A stretch of 64,000 bases of DNA from a virus (lineage: Duplodnaviria; Caudoviricetes), in the IMG/VR virus record IMGVR_UViG_3300029288_000138, positions 19,618 through 83,617 of that record, one strand, 5' to 3'. Within the stretch, counting starts at the first letter, position 1. Each line of letters begins with the position of its first letter. The translations under genes were made by a program, and so were the position numbers. This document shows positions 50,622 to 61,587 of the stretch, piece by piece. The notes beneath the pieces were generated by a model. That model worked only from the letters and a program-made list of their open reading frames with translations. It did no database searches and was not told the DNA's origin.

Positions 50622-51920
50622 ATGAAGACAATTAAATTACCATATACAACATCTGAAGGTTTATCTTCTATACTTAAACAATATTCCAATGTTGTAAGGT
50701 ATAGCTATAATCGTTTTTTAGATGGTAAAACAGAAAAAGATATTAGAGAATTATCTAAATCATTAAATTCAATTGATTTGCTTAATTCTTGGTTAATTCA
50801 ATGTGGCATAAAGGATGGTAAAGCAATACAAACAAGATTTAAAAATAAAAATGTTATTTTCGGGGGTAAGCATAATCTAATTAAACTGTTAAAGAACGAA
50901 ATTACTAAAGAAGAATATCAACTTAAAAGACTTAGCCCAATAAATATTCAAGGTGAAAAATTGAAACAAGGGAATCGTTCTTTTATACTAGATATAATTG
51001 AAAACAATCAAATTATTTTTAAATTAAATAGAAATCAGCATATAAAATTTAAATTACCAAATTTAAGAAACAATATAAAGAAAGAAATGTTTAAGCTTCA
51101 ACAACTTAATGAAGTTAAATCAAACCAAAACGGATATACATATTCAGTTAGATTTGATTTAAACAATATTTATATTTCATTTGAAGAATTTAACGATAAA
51201 TTGATTAAGTTAAATGAAAATAGGTATTTAGGTATAGACTTGAATCCTGATACTATTGGTGTTTCTGTTTTAGAAAATGATAAAATTCTTCATACACAAG
51301 AATTTAGTTTAACCCTAATATTTAATAAAATTTTATCCGAAAAATTAAGTTCTAAATCAGACAGAATGAAATACTTTCAAAATAAGTTAAAATTTGAAAC
51401 GCTTGAAATTTCAAAATCAATATCTTTAATTGCTAAACATTTTAGTTGTATGTCAGTTTTCATAGAAGATTTGCATTTTAAAAGTTCATCAAATATAAAA
51501 ATATCAAACAGAAAAAATAAGAATCTTTGAAAAAGAAAACTGTTCATTAATAACTTAACTAAAAGATTAAACATTTTAAGGATTCAATTATATTCAGTTA
51601 ATCCCGCTTACAGTAGTTTCATTGGAAATTTAATGTACAATTATACAGATGCAATTAATGCTTCAATTGAAATTGCTCGTAGAGGATATGAATATAGAAT
51701 AAAGAAAAACAAGACAGGATTTTATCCAAATCTATTGGTAAAACACCAATGGAAGGAAATGGCTGCCAATTTTACAGATTGGAAAAAATTCTTTTTTGAA
51801 ATAAAAAACTTGAAATTGAAATATCGAGTTTCTTTAGATGAAATTAAATATTCATTTATAGTTTTTCAGCAAAATTCAAGCCATAAAAGCATGGTATTAA
51901 ATTATGTTTTTTATGATTAA
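50622..51920 (+). mobile_element. tnpB: TnpB-like RuvC nuclease (IS200/IS605/IS607 OrfB family), no transposase adjacent; TGA 51528 read as Trp
   Basis: YSNVVRYSYNRF; YLGIDLNP; FIEDL; KNL*KRKLF; VNPAYSSFIGN; DAINASIEIARR. Confidence 0.8.
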
Positions 51921-51976
51921 TTATTGAATTTTATATTTTATAAAACTTTTTTATATTTATAATAGGAGAAAGAAAA

Positions 51977-52864
51977 ATGATTAATAGTATTAAGGCAAAA
52001 AAGTTACAACATAATAAAATAAAAAATACTGGAATATTATTTGAATTATTAACTAGGCAAATGGTTATGGATGTTCTCAGTAAAAAACCAGCAAAAGACA
52101 TTATATCAAGAAATATATTGACTGAATTCTTTTCAGTAGGTAGTGAATTGAATAAAGAATATGAAATATATAATGCTATAACTAACCTAAGAAGTAAAGA
52201 TAAACAACATATACGGGAAGTAATACACGAATCAATTGGTTATACAAAAAATATTGATTTAAACAAACTTAGAGCAGAAAAATATAAATTGATAAAAAAG
52301 ATATCTGAGAATTTTGATACTAATACTTTCTTTAAAACTAACATACCTAATTTTAAAGTATTAGCCTCAATATACAAATTGTTAATGATTAATGAAGAAA
52401 AAAATGTTATTCCCGCTCCAGGCGAAATATCTATTATTACAGAAAATGTTGTGAATTTTGTTGCTAATTTTTCACCAAAGGCTGAAGAACAATTCAAATT
52501 GAAAAGTGATGATAAGTATATTAGAGATAAACTGGCATACAAACTTATGGTTGAAAAATTCAATGATAAGTATGATTCATTAAAAGATGAACAAAAAGAT
52601 ATACTAAGAATTTATATAAAGAATAATACCAGTTCTGATATTTTAAAGGAAAAATTAATAAATACTTTTAATAATGCCAAAAAAATATTGACTGAAAATA
52701 TAAGCAAAATAGATGATGATGCATTAAAAGTAAAAGTTAATTATGTAATAAAGAATATTGATAAAATAAATTCTACTATTAACAGTGGTAAAATAATCAG
52801 AAATAATATTATCAATAATTCATTGCTATATACTGAATTGGCAGATAATTTAAAACAATTATAA
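51977..52864 (+). CDS. conserved head-region protein
   Basis: HNKIKNTGILFELLTRQ; YKLMVEKFNDKY..L...QK.IL; late motif plus GGAG. Confidence 0.8.
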   Translation: MINSIKAKKLQHNKIKNTGILFELLTRQMVMDVLSKKPAKDIISRNILTEFFSVGSELNKEYEIYNAITNLRSKDKQHIREVIHESIGYTKNIDLNKLRAEKYKLIKKISENFDTNTFFKTNIPNFKVLASIYKLLMINEEKNVIPAPGEISIITENVVNFVANFSPKAEEQFKLKSDDKYIRDKLAYKLMVEKFNDKYDSLKDEQKDILRIYIKNNTSSDILKEKLINTFNNAKKILTENISKIDDDALKVKVNYVIKNIDKINSTINSGKIIRNNIINNSLLYTELADNLKQL

Positions 52865-52879
52865 TAAGGAATATACAAA

Positions 52880-53119
52880 ATGAAAAAGAGTGAATTAAGA
52901 CAGATGATTAAAGAAGAGATAAATAGATTAAGTGAGTTAAAAAAGATAGTGCAAGAGGATCACTATTCAACATCTCAAATGGATACTGTTGAAAAAACAC
53001 ATGATTGAAAATATAAAATAGGAGTTAAATTTTTTGGAACTGCAGCAAAATCAAATATTATTACAATAGATAAAAATACATTTGATGCAATTAGAAAAAT
53101 TATGGTACTAAATAAATAA
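52880..53119 (+). CDS. MKKSELRQMIKEE-leader protein; 1 TGA read as Trp
   Basis: Frame open to TAA 53117; absent from the track. Confidence 0.75.
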
Positions 53120-53176
53120 ACTATCAGAAAGAATGAAACATGCAAAAACTAATTCTCTCATAACATAAAATAAAAT

Positions 53177-53458
53177 ATGAAACTAAAAAAATCACAATTA
53201 AAAGAAATAATCAGAAGAAAGATTAATGAAATGTCTACTACAGCATCTGTGCCGGGATATAATTCTAAAAATTTCTTAGATCCAAATGCAGATCCAAAAT
53301 CATTTGATATTGATTATTCAGGATTACAAGGTACTGGTAAAGACAGAGAAACCAGAAAAACACCTCTTAAAGAAAAGGAATTGGGTGCAGGTATGAAAAT
53401 CATTAATGACATACTAGAAGAGGTAGTAAAGGAACTCAATGAAACCAATAAAAACTAA
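53177..53458 (+). CDS. hypothetical protein, KKSQLKEIIRR leader
   Basis: EMSTTASVPGY. Confidence 0.75.
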   Translation: MKLKKSQLKEIIRRKINEMSTTASVPGYNSKNFLDPNADPKSFDIDYSGLQGTGKDRETRKTPLKEKELGAGMKIINDILEEVVKELNETNKN

Positions 53459-53732
53459 ATCATCATACGATTACAGAAAAAAATTATACGAATACACAGT
53501 AGTAGACTCTACTGAAGAACAATTGAAACCGCATCAATTAATTGGGCACCGTATACGAAATGTTGTTAATGAATTAAAAAATATTGATCGTATATTAGAT
53601 CATGCTTTAAGAATAAAACAAGAAAGTAATACTACAACTGATGATTATTGGATAAGAACAAAGAGATCATTAATTAAACTTGAAGGAATGCTTAATGGAA
53701 TGAAAAATAAATTAAAAAATATTAGGAGCTAA
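53439..53732 (+). CDS. hypothetical coiled-coil protein
   Basis: QLKPHQLIG..IR.V..EL; YWIRT. Confidence 0.75.
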   Translation: MKPIKTKSSYDYRKKLYEYTVVDSTEEQLKPHQLIGHRIRNVVNELKNIDRILDHALRIKQESNTTTDDYWIRTKRSLIKLEGMLNGMKNKLKNIRS

Positions 53733-53733
53733 A

Positions 53734-54402
53734 ATGAAAAAAAGTGAATTAAGACAGATGATTAAAGAAGAGTTAGGGACTAGGACTAATATTCAAATGA
53801 ATCAAGGAATAAGAAAAATATTATTTGCATTTTTTACAAAGTATAAATATCCAAAAGATACTTTAGTACACGCTTTAGCCAAAAAATATAATATTAAACC
53901 AGACGAATTAGAACAAGAAGTATATTCAATATTAACTGATCTATTGGCATTTGGTAAATGAAATGAAAGAAAAGATAAAAACGTAAAAGTTGATCCAGAA
54001 CAATTAAAAATGGGAATGAAAGTAGAAATGGAACATACAAATTGCCAATTGATTGCTAGAAAAATCTCGCTCGATCATTTAAGCGAATTGTCAGATTATT
54101 ATAGCAGGCTTAGGCAAATGGAAGATGCTGCAAAGAAGAAATTACAAACGGAAGAAATAAAAGGTTGAAAGCACGCTGCAGCGGATTTAGCAAAATGGCG
54201 ATCTGAAAAAGGAAAAAATATAAGATTAGTAAGTCTAAAAAAGGATGGAACTGAAAGTAAATTGCATGATGCGAGTCATCAATTTAGAAATATAAATGAT
54301 GCATATATATTTTTTAATAGAGTTGTAGACCTTAATCCAACACAACAAATAAAATATAATTTATATATCAATAATAAATTTGAAAAAATATTAGAAAAAT
54401 AA
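53734..54402 (+). CDS. MKKSELRQMIKEE-leader protein with DUF5661-like domain; 2 TGA read as Trp
   Basis: QLKMGMKVEMEHT....ARKISLDHLSELSDYYSRL lies past TGA 53959. Confidence 0.8.
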
Positions 54403-54406
54403 TACT

Positions 54407-54787
54407 ATGCCAGCAAAATCCAGAGCCCAACAAAGATACTTCGGTCTAGTACATGCAGTACAAAAAGGAGAAGTACCAGATAGTAAAGTATCAAAAGCAG
54501 TCAAAGATACGGCAAAATCTATGGATACAAAAGATGTAAAAGACTTTGCAAATACTGATACAAAAGGATTACCAGAAAAAGTAAAAAAAGAATGTAAAAA
54601 AATAAAATTAAAAGAAATATTAGATGAATTAGCATATTCCGGAAATATCGGATTTGTAGAAATGTTCAAATTCTGAGATATTGCTAATGATAATGATAAA
54701 AAGAAAATGTTGTATTATTTGAATAAAAATGATGAAAGATCTGCCTGAGACTTATTAAAAAAAGTAACAGGTGTGAATTTAAAATAA
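54407..54787 (+). CDS. DUF3008-like protein; 2 TGA read as Trp
   Basis: MPAKSRAQQRYFGLV...DVKDFA.T..KGLPEK; GNIGFVEMFKF*; SA*DLLKKVTGV. Confidence 0.8.
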
Positions 54788-54797
54788 GGAAGAAAAA

Positions 54798-55094
54798 ATG
54801 AAAAAATCACAATTAAGGCAAATAATTAGAGAAGAAATCATACGAGAAGTAAAACTCGAATTTAATAAATATCCACTAAAAATGGATGATGAAGAATATC
54901 TAGCAATGATAAAAGAATTAGAAGAATATTGAAAAAAATCTGGAAATAATAAACTTAAATTTAGAAATATAGTTATGAATGCATATAAAAATGGTGAGAT
55001 TAGTTATACAGAAGAAATAAAAAAAGTAATTGATCATTTTCTAAGCCCATCTGGCATAGCCTCAAGAATATTAAAAAAGAGAATACAGTACTAA
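54798..55094 (+). CDS. MKKSQLRQIIREE-leader protein; 1 TGA read as Trp
   Basis: Frame open to TAA 55092. Confidence 0.75.
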
Positions 55095-55135
55095 AAAATT
55101 GAAATTAAAAGATATAACATCGGAGAAAAATAAAT

Positions 55136-55747
55136 ATGGATAATAATAGTAGAGTAATATCAGATTTTATAGGATACTTAAATATTACTCCTAAAATGTT
55201 AGCAGAGGCCGAAAAGACTGCTGATGGAAAAGTATTAATTCAAGGTGTATTACAAAGAGCCAATGCTTTGAATCAAAACAAAAGAATATATTCTCGAGAA
55301 CTATTACTCAGGGAAGCCAATAAATTTCAAAAGAAAATAGATGAGAAATTATCGGGTGGTGAATTAGATCATCCAGATAGTCCGATTGTAAATTTAAAAA
55401 ATGTATCACACGCCGTTAGAAAAATGTGATGGGACGGTGATAATCTAAACGGAGTAATAGAAGTAATACCAACTCCTTCAGGTAACATTGTTAAAGACTT
55501 GATTAGAAGCGATATACAATTGGGCGTAAGTTCTAGAGGAATTGGTACTACTAAGCAAGGTAATGATGATAGCGAAATAGTGCAAGAAGATTTTGAATTG
55601 TTAACTTTTGATATTGTATCTCAACCAAGTACTCAAGGCGCATATTTAAATCCAATGAATGAAAATGTTGATCCTAAAGTAAAAGATAAAAGAGATAAAT
55701 ATAACAAAATTAATGAAATAATCAATTACATAATTAGTAATATATAA
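55136..55747 (+). CDS. Prohead core protease (T4 gp21-like); TGA 55427 read as Trp
   Basis: QRANALNQNKRIY; GELDHPD....L.NVSH; KM*WDGD; LGVSSRGIG; FDIVSQPSTQGAY. Confidence 0.93.
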
Positions 55748-55766
55748 AAAATAAAGGATAATAACT

Positions 55767-56171
55767 ATGAAACAATTTAAAAAACTATATGAAGAAATAA
55801 TTCATCAAGAACCAATCAATGAAGAAGAATTGATTAATAACATAAGTGGGTTCAATACTTTGGGCGAATGCCTGTATAAGGAAGATAACGAATTTTCTTC
55901 TTCAGTTAAAAAAATATCTGAATTGGCTAAAAAGGCTTCTAGACATATTATTGAATCTGAGCAAGATTGGTTTAGCCGCGTGCAACTTAAAAAGGATGCT
56001 AAAGTATTAGAAAATGTTGCAAGAGAATTAGATGAAGTTTCTACTCAAATGAATGAATTAAAACAAAGATCTACTGCATTATTTGAAGATTGTGGGCATA
56101 TGTTAAATAGATATTATGATATTAAAGAATGCAATAAGAATAAACCAGAATTAAGCAAAAGACAATACTAA
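55767..56171 (+). CDS. conserved head-region protein
   Basis: DWFSRV..K.D; LFEDCGHMLNRYYDI. Confidence 0.75.
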   Translation: MKQFKKLYEEIIHQEPINEEELINNISGFNTLGECLYKEDNEFSSSVKKISELAKKASRHIIESEQDWFSRVQLKKDAKVLENVARELDEVSTQMNELKQRSTALFEDCGHMLNRYYDIKECNKNKPELSKRQY

Positions 56172-56172
56172 T

Positions 56173-56694
56173 ATGCCAATACGTACAATAGTTAGTTTAG
56201 TACAAATGCTAAACGAAATACAATCAGAAGAAGAACTAGAAAAAGAGATTTCTAGTTGAAAGACTTTGCAAGAAATGATTAATACAAAGCAATCTGAAAT
56301 TCAATCTGTACTAGATGAATTGAAAAAAATGAATGATGAAAATAGCAGTAGATTCAAAGAAGTAGAGAAATTTATGATTAGATTTAATATCAAGTCTAAG
56401 AAAGTTAACAATTGAATTGCTGAGATAAAAACTGAACTAAAATATAAAGTAGTCAGGCCAGATTATAAAGAATTATGAGAATCTGCAATGACTAAAGTTA
56501 ATGAAGCAACAAAGAGTGTATTACAGAATTTATTGAACATTCAAAAGGATATAAAAAGTAAAGAAGTGAAGAATCAATTAACTATCGAAGGACTTGGTAG
56601 TATAGTTAAAAATTTGTTCAATAATATAAAAAATTGAATACTTAGTATAAATAAATTTGATAAAGTAACAGATAATTTACCGAAAGTGAGATAA
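56173..56694 (+). CDS. coiled-coil protein; 4 TGA read as Trp
   Basis: Frame open to TAA 56692; absent from the track. Confidence 0.7.
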
Positions 56695-56696
56695 AA

Positions 56697-56921
56697 ATGA
56701 AAGACGAAGAACAGTCTATAGGTAGATGCATTGGATTAGCAATTGATAAAAATATGGATATAGAAAAAGCCATAATGAAATTCAAGAAAAAAGTTAAAGA
56801 TTCTAAATTGATGTTAGTATTAAAAGAAAATTCATATTATCAAAAGCCTTCTGAAAAGAAACGGAAAAAACAGAATAGGTGAAAATTAGATATAAATAAA
56901 ATAAATAGAGATGGAGTATAA
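56697..56921 (+). CDS. rpsU: Ribosomal protein bS21 homolog; TGA 56880 read as Trp
   Basis: DIEKAIMKFKKKVKDSKLMLVLKENSYYQKPSEKKRKK. Confidence 0.85.
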
Positions 56922-56923
56922 TG

Positions 56924-57154
56924 ATGAAAAAGAGTGTATTAAGGCAAATAATTGGTGAAGAAATTAGTCTTTTAAAAGAAAATGAGTATGAGAAGAAAAA
57001 ATTGGTGGACTGTTTATCCAAAAAAGGATTTAATCCAAAGGATGCAAAAAATATGGTTGAAAAGCATTATGATTATGTTATGAGAGTTTATAAAAATCAA
57101 GGATTAACAATAGCAAAAATAGCAAATATAATATCATCTTTATGAGCGAAATAA
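56924..57154 (+). CDS. MKKSVLRQIIGEE-leader protein; 1 TGA read as Trp
   Basis: Ends SSL*AK-TAA. Confidence 0.75.
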
Positions 57155-57173
57155 ATAAAAAGGAAATACAATA

Positions 57174-57479
57174 ATGAAAAAAAGTATATTAAGACAGATT
57201 ATAAAAGAAGAGATATTGAAAGAATTTTCAACTACAAAAGAATATGTTGTTATTGGTAATGCGGGGCGCGGCCGGCAAAATTTATGACCAAACAGTACTA
57301 ACCCAAAATTATATACAAAAATCGAAGCTGAAAGTATAGTAAAAAAACAAAATGATACAAATAAATTGTATTCATCTTCAATATATTTTCATATACAAAA
57401 TCTGAGGGATGCAGAAAAATATATTTCACCCGGGCAACCGGCTTGAACTGGAATACAAAAATTATTATCAAACAATTAA
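57174..57479 (+). CDS. MKKSILRQIIKEE-leader protein; 2 TGA read as Trp
   Basis: Frame open to TAA 57477. Confidence 0.75.
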
Positions 57480-57515
57480 AAGCAGTATATAGTAAACAAT
57501 GAGGAGAATAATAAA

Positions 57516-57800
57516 ATGAAAAAGAGTGTATTAAGACAGATTATTAAAGAAGAAATAACAAAAATATTGCTTTTCGAAGTTACTAGTGGGGATAGAGTAA
57601 AAATTGTGTATAAACGTGATTGAGATAGAACACACGGATTGGGGCAATATTTTCATAATAAAACAGGTACTATAATTTCTATAGAAAAAGACGGAAGAAC
57701 AAATATGTTTAGAGTAAGACTTGATAGTCCTGTAATGTTGCCAGTAGTTGGTAAAGTTACTGATGATTTATGAGCAGCAGAGTATCTTAGAAAAATATAA
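57516..57800 (+). CDS. MKKSVLRQIIKEE-leader protein (KOW/SH3-like); 2 TGA read as Trp
   Basis: GAGGAG RBS; GDRVKI...KTGTII.....FRVRLD. Confidence 0.75.
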
Positions 57801-57825
57801 TTTCCACAAGTATAAAGGAGATCTA

Positions 57826-58053
57826 ATGAAAAAATCACAACTAAAAGAAATAATTAAAGAAGAGTACAACAAAATCATTAATGAAATGGGTGATCTTACT
57901 ACATACGAGTTGGAGTTGGGAAATAATACTAAATTTTCATTCAATAAAAATACAGATAAAATATTTTTAGAACAGCACAGAAATAGTATTATGATGCATA
58001 GAAATGAATTTAAAAGAATGGTATATTTTGCCGAAAAAAATGGGTTGATATAA
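57826..58053 (+). CDS. MKKSQLKEIIKEE-leader protein
   Basis: AGGAG RBS before ATG 57826. Confidence 0.75.
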   Translation: MKKSQLKEIIKEEYNKIINEMGDLTTYELELGNNTKFSFNKNTDKIFLEQHRNSIMMHRNEFKRMVYFAEKNGLI

Positions 58054-58054
58054 A

Positions 58055-58345
58055 ATGAAAAAAAGTGAATTAAGACAGATAATTAAAGAAGAAATTCAAG
58101 TTATATTAAACGAAGATATAGTATCAATAACAGATATAAACAAATTATCACATGGCAAAATAAAAAACATAAGAAAATTTATTGATAATGTTTTTTCCGG
58201 TGAATATCGTCAGAAATATGGCCTAGAAACAGATTCAAATTCTAGATACTTTGAGTTAGTACACAGGCATAGATATTCTGATTTACAAGCTCAAGCGGAT
58301 ATATTTGCTGATAAAATTGGAACAAATAAAATAAAGGAATTATAG
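58055..58345 (+). CDS. MKKSELRQIIKEE-leader protein
   Basis: Track ORF. Confidence 0.75.
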   Translation: MKKSELRQIIKEEIQVILNEDIVSITDINKLSHGKIKNIRKFIDNVFSGEYRQKYGLETDSNSRYFELVHRHRYSDLQAQADIFADKIGTNKIKEL

Positions 58346-58350
58346 TAACA

Positions 58351-58653
58351 ATGAAAAAATCAGTACTTAGACAGATAATAAAAGAAGAAATAAAAATATT
58401 GAAAGAAACTGATTGAGAAATGGGGTATAGAAATTTTCAAGGCAGTAATCAATATCATCCAAGAGAAAATCATATAGCATCTTTAGAACAATTAAAACAT
58501 TTGTTATCTAAAGGGCGAGACATATTTTATACGGGAAAAAGAATTGGTAATGTTTTCTATAATACGTATAAGTCCAATGGTAATATTACCGTTAGATTAG
58601 AACATACAACCAAAGATTTAGTTATAAATATCAAAGATATAAGCTTTAGATAA
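58351..58653 (+). CDS. MKKSVLRQIIKEE-leader protein; TGA 58414 read as Trp
   Basis: In frame with track ORF 58420. Confidence 0.75.
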
Positions 58654-58829
58654 AAAATTATATAAAAAATATTGCTAAAACCAATGTTTTTTAAGAATTG
58701 TATATATTTATTTTTATATAAAAAATCGAACAATACTACTTTACATATACATTTAAGTAGTTATCCAAATAAATAAGTTTATTAAATCGACTAATCGATT
58801 TAGATGTAAGTCTAAAATGGAGAATCATA

Positions 58830-59888
58830 ATGACGAAAAAAACAAAAAATAGCAATATGCTACAAGAAGCTATTGTTGATGCGAACACATTAAAGGAAAT
58901 GGCTATAGAGAATGCTAAAGAATATTTAGCAGAAACATTTAGCCCTCGCATCCAAAACATTCTAAGAACCAAATTACAGAATGAAGAAGATAAACCTGAT
59001 GATGATGAAACGCTGTTAGATCCAAATGTCCCGGCAAATGATAACGCTGCAGATGTTGCTAATGCTCAACCAGAGGCAGTACCTACAGAATTACCTGATG
59101 AAATAGAGGACGAAAAAGAAAAAGAAGGCGCTATAGCATCCGAAGAAGTTAATCCTGAAGATGATGTTGACGGAGTTCAAACCAATTTGAATAATGATGA
59201 AGATGAAGATGACAAGGAAATTGACATTGAATCAGTCTTAAGAGAATTGGAAGACGATGAACCAGAAGAAGAAGTACCCGTTGAACCAGAACAAGGTCCA
59301 GAAGGTGCACCTGAAACTGCTCCTGCAATGGATAGTGTTCCGGCAGAGGATGATGACGAGGATTTAGATATAGAACTAGAAGACGATGAAAAGGATCTAG
59401 AACCTAAAAATCCAGACGAAGTTGCTCCGGAAGAACTTCCAGTTGCTCCAGACGAAACTCCAGTACTAGTGCCAGACGAAGAAGATGAAAAACTAAAAGA
59501 AGAAAACGTTAGACTGACTACAGAATTAAATGAATATAAAAAAGCATTTATTACTTTGAGAAATAATATGAACGAAGTGAATTTGTTAAATGCTAAATTA
59601 TTATATTCCCAAAAAATCACTAAGTCACCTACTGTTACTGAATCTCAAAAGAACATTGTAATCAATGCAATGGATAGAGCAAATAGTATAAGGGAAGTAA
59701 AATTGACCTTTGCAAATTTAGTTGAATCATTTGGTTTAAATAAAGCAAAAACCCGTAAGAAAAGTATTAATGAAGGCGCAAGTGGTGCACAGAGAGGACT
59801 ATCTAAATCAATATTAAATGAAGCAGTTAGTTCAATCGAAAGAATACAAAAACTTAGTGGAATTCGCGTAAAAGCAAAAACAAAATAA
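58830..59888 (+). CDS. Prohead scaffolding/core protein
   Basis: LLQEAI.DA..LKE.AIENAK..L.E.F.P; acidic middle; LNEVNLLNAKLLY...F.RA.SIREVKL; directly upstream of MCP. Confidence 0.88.
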   Translation: MTKKTKNSNMLQEAIVDANTLKEMAIENAKEYLAETFSPRIQNILRTKLQNEEDKPDDDETLLDPNVPANDNAADVANAQPEAVPTELPDEIEDEKEKEGAIASEEVNPEDDVDGVQTNLNNDEDEDDKEIDIESVLRELEDDEPEEEVPVEPEQGPEGAPETAPAMDSVPAEDDDEDLDIELEDDEKDLEPKNPDEVAPEELPVAPDETPVLVPDEEDEKLKEENVRLTTELNEYKKAFITLRNNMNEVNLLNAKLLYSQKITKSPTVTESQKNIVINAMDRANSIREVKLTFANLVESFGLNKAKTRKKSINEGASGAQRGLSKSILNEAVSSIERIQKLSGIRVKAKTK

Positions 59889-59929
59889 CTTTTTTTATAA
59901 AAAAGTAACCTTAAATTAGGAGAACGAAA

Positions 59930-61519
59930 GTGTTAGTAAATGTAGAAAAATTGATGACTCAATATCGTCAATTAAATAGATATGAAGAAGGCAAGAAATT
60001 GGTTTCAAAATGGGAACCGACTGGCCTTCTAGAAGGAATTGATGATGAATTTAAGAAACATGGTATGGCTTTATTGCTTGAAAACCAAGCAAAAAGGTTA
60101 ATTGATGAATCTTCTAAAACATCAACTGCCTCAAGTACAGAAGGTTGGTCAGATGTTGCCCTACCTCTAGTACGTAGAACTTTTGCAAAGATTGTTGCAC
60201 AAGACTTAATGTCAGTACAACCGATGAGTATGCCATCGGGCCTAGTGTTCTGGCTATATTTTGATTATGGTACCAGCAAACCAACCAATTTAGGTATATT
60301 CACTTCTGGTACAAGTGTTTATGGTAATGTATCTTCAAGTGCAGTAACTGGCGAAGACATGGGCCCATTATATGCTTGGGATTATACTTTCACAAAGAAT
60401 TATATTTCAGCATCTACTGTTGTTCCTACCACGTTAACCAGTGCATCTTGGGCGGATTTTAACTATAATGATACTATTTCAGCATCATTATCAGCATATC
60501 CAAAAGAATACAAAAAATTCAAAATTGCGTGGTCTGGCTTAAGTGGTGCAGATAAAGAAGCTGCAAAAGCAATTACTTTAATATCTGGTTCAGTATATAA
60601 TACAATATACAGAAAATATACCACAGCAGACGATACGTATGTATATGTAATTGTGTCTAGTTCAGACGCACACTCTGAAACTATTCCGACCGTTGAATAT
60701 CTGAAACAAACCACTCAGGACAATAGAGGTGATTTTGAATCAGGTCAAACAGGAGTTGGAGCAATTCCTGAAATCAATATTAGAATGGAATCAGAAGCTA
60801 TTACGGCAACAACCAGAAAGTTAAAAGCAATTTGGACACCTGAAATAGCTCAGGACTTGAATGCATATCATAGTGTCGATGCTGAAGCAGAATTAACCAA
60901 TGTATTATCAGAATACATAGCAATGGAAATTGATATGGAATTAATCGATATGCTTTGGCAAGATGCTTTAGTCAAAGACTTCTGGTCTACTAAAGTTGGC
61001 AATTTCTTAGATTCATCAACAGGTGCACCAATCTCAGGAGCCCCAGTATTTTATGGTACTGAAATGGAATGGTATCAAACTTTAATAAAGAAAATTACTA
61101 AAGTGTCGAACGAAATCCATAAAAGAACCTTAAGAGGCGGAGCTAATTGGATAGTTGTTGGAACAACTGTTGCAACCATCCTAGAATCAATGAAACCTGG
61201 CTTTGTTGATGACTCTGCAGATATCGAATCAACCGAATATGCAATGGGTCTACAAAGAATTGGTACGTTGAATAATAGATGGAAAGTCTATAAGAATCCA
61301 TATTTTAGAGACGATGCAATCTTGTTAGGATTTAGAGGAAATAGTTTCTTGGAAACTGGCGCAGTATACGCCCCATATATTCCATTAATTCAAACACCTC
61401 TAGTATATGATCCAGATGACTTTACCCCGCGTAAAGGCATAATGACACGATATAGTAAGAAAATGTTACGTCCTGAATTTTATGGTAAAATTATAGTAAG
61501 AGACTTAAACTTAGTGTAA
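59930..61519 (+). CDS. Major capsid protein (T4 gp23-like)
   Basis: KWEPTGLLEG; LLENQAK; LVSVQPMSMPSGLVF; TRKLKAIWTPEIAQDLNAYH.VDAEAELT; YAPYIPL; PRKGIMTRY; 12 Trp, all TGG. Confidence 0.95.
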   Translation: MLVNVEKLMTQYRQLNRYEEGKKLVSKWEPTGLLEGIDDEFKKHGMALLLENQAKRLIDESSKTSTASSTEGWSDVALPLVRRTFAKIVAQDLMSVQPMSMPSGLVFWLYFDYGTSKPTNLGIFTSGTSVYGNVSSSAVTGEDMGPLYAWDYTFTKNYISASTVVPTTLTSASWADFNYNDTISASLSAYPKEYKKFKIAWSGLSGADKEAAKAITLISGSVYNTIYRKYTTADDTYVYVIVSSSDAHSETIPTVEYLKQTTQDNRGDFESGQTGVGAIPEINIRMESEAITATTRKLKAIWTPEIAQDLNAYHSVDAEAELTNVLSEYIAMEIDMELIDMLWQDALVKDFWSTKVGNFLDSSTGAPISGAPVFYGTEMEWYQTLIKKITKVSNEIHKRTLRGGANWIVVGTTVATILESMKPGFVDDSADIESTEYAMGLQRIGTLNNRWKVYKNPYFRDDAILLGFRGNSFLETGAVYAPYIPLIQTPLVYDPDDFTPRKGIMTRYSKKMLRPEFYGKIIVRDLNLV

Positions 61520-61556
61520 TTTTAAATAGTTAACATAATAGTTTATATATAATTAG

Positions 61557-61587
61557 AGCCCTTTAGAAATAAAGGGCTTTTTTTTTT
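61557..61587 (+). terminator. Intrinsic terminator after MCP
   Basis: AGCCCTTTA-GAAA-TAAAGGGCT followed by T run. Confidence 0.88.

Noticed and set aside
50622-51920. Cas12f/Cas14 CRISPR effector
   Set aside because: No repeat-spacer array or cas genes nearby; TnpB-like is the conservative call.
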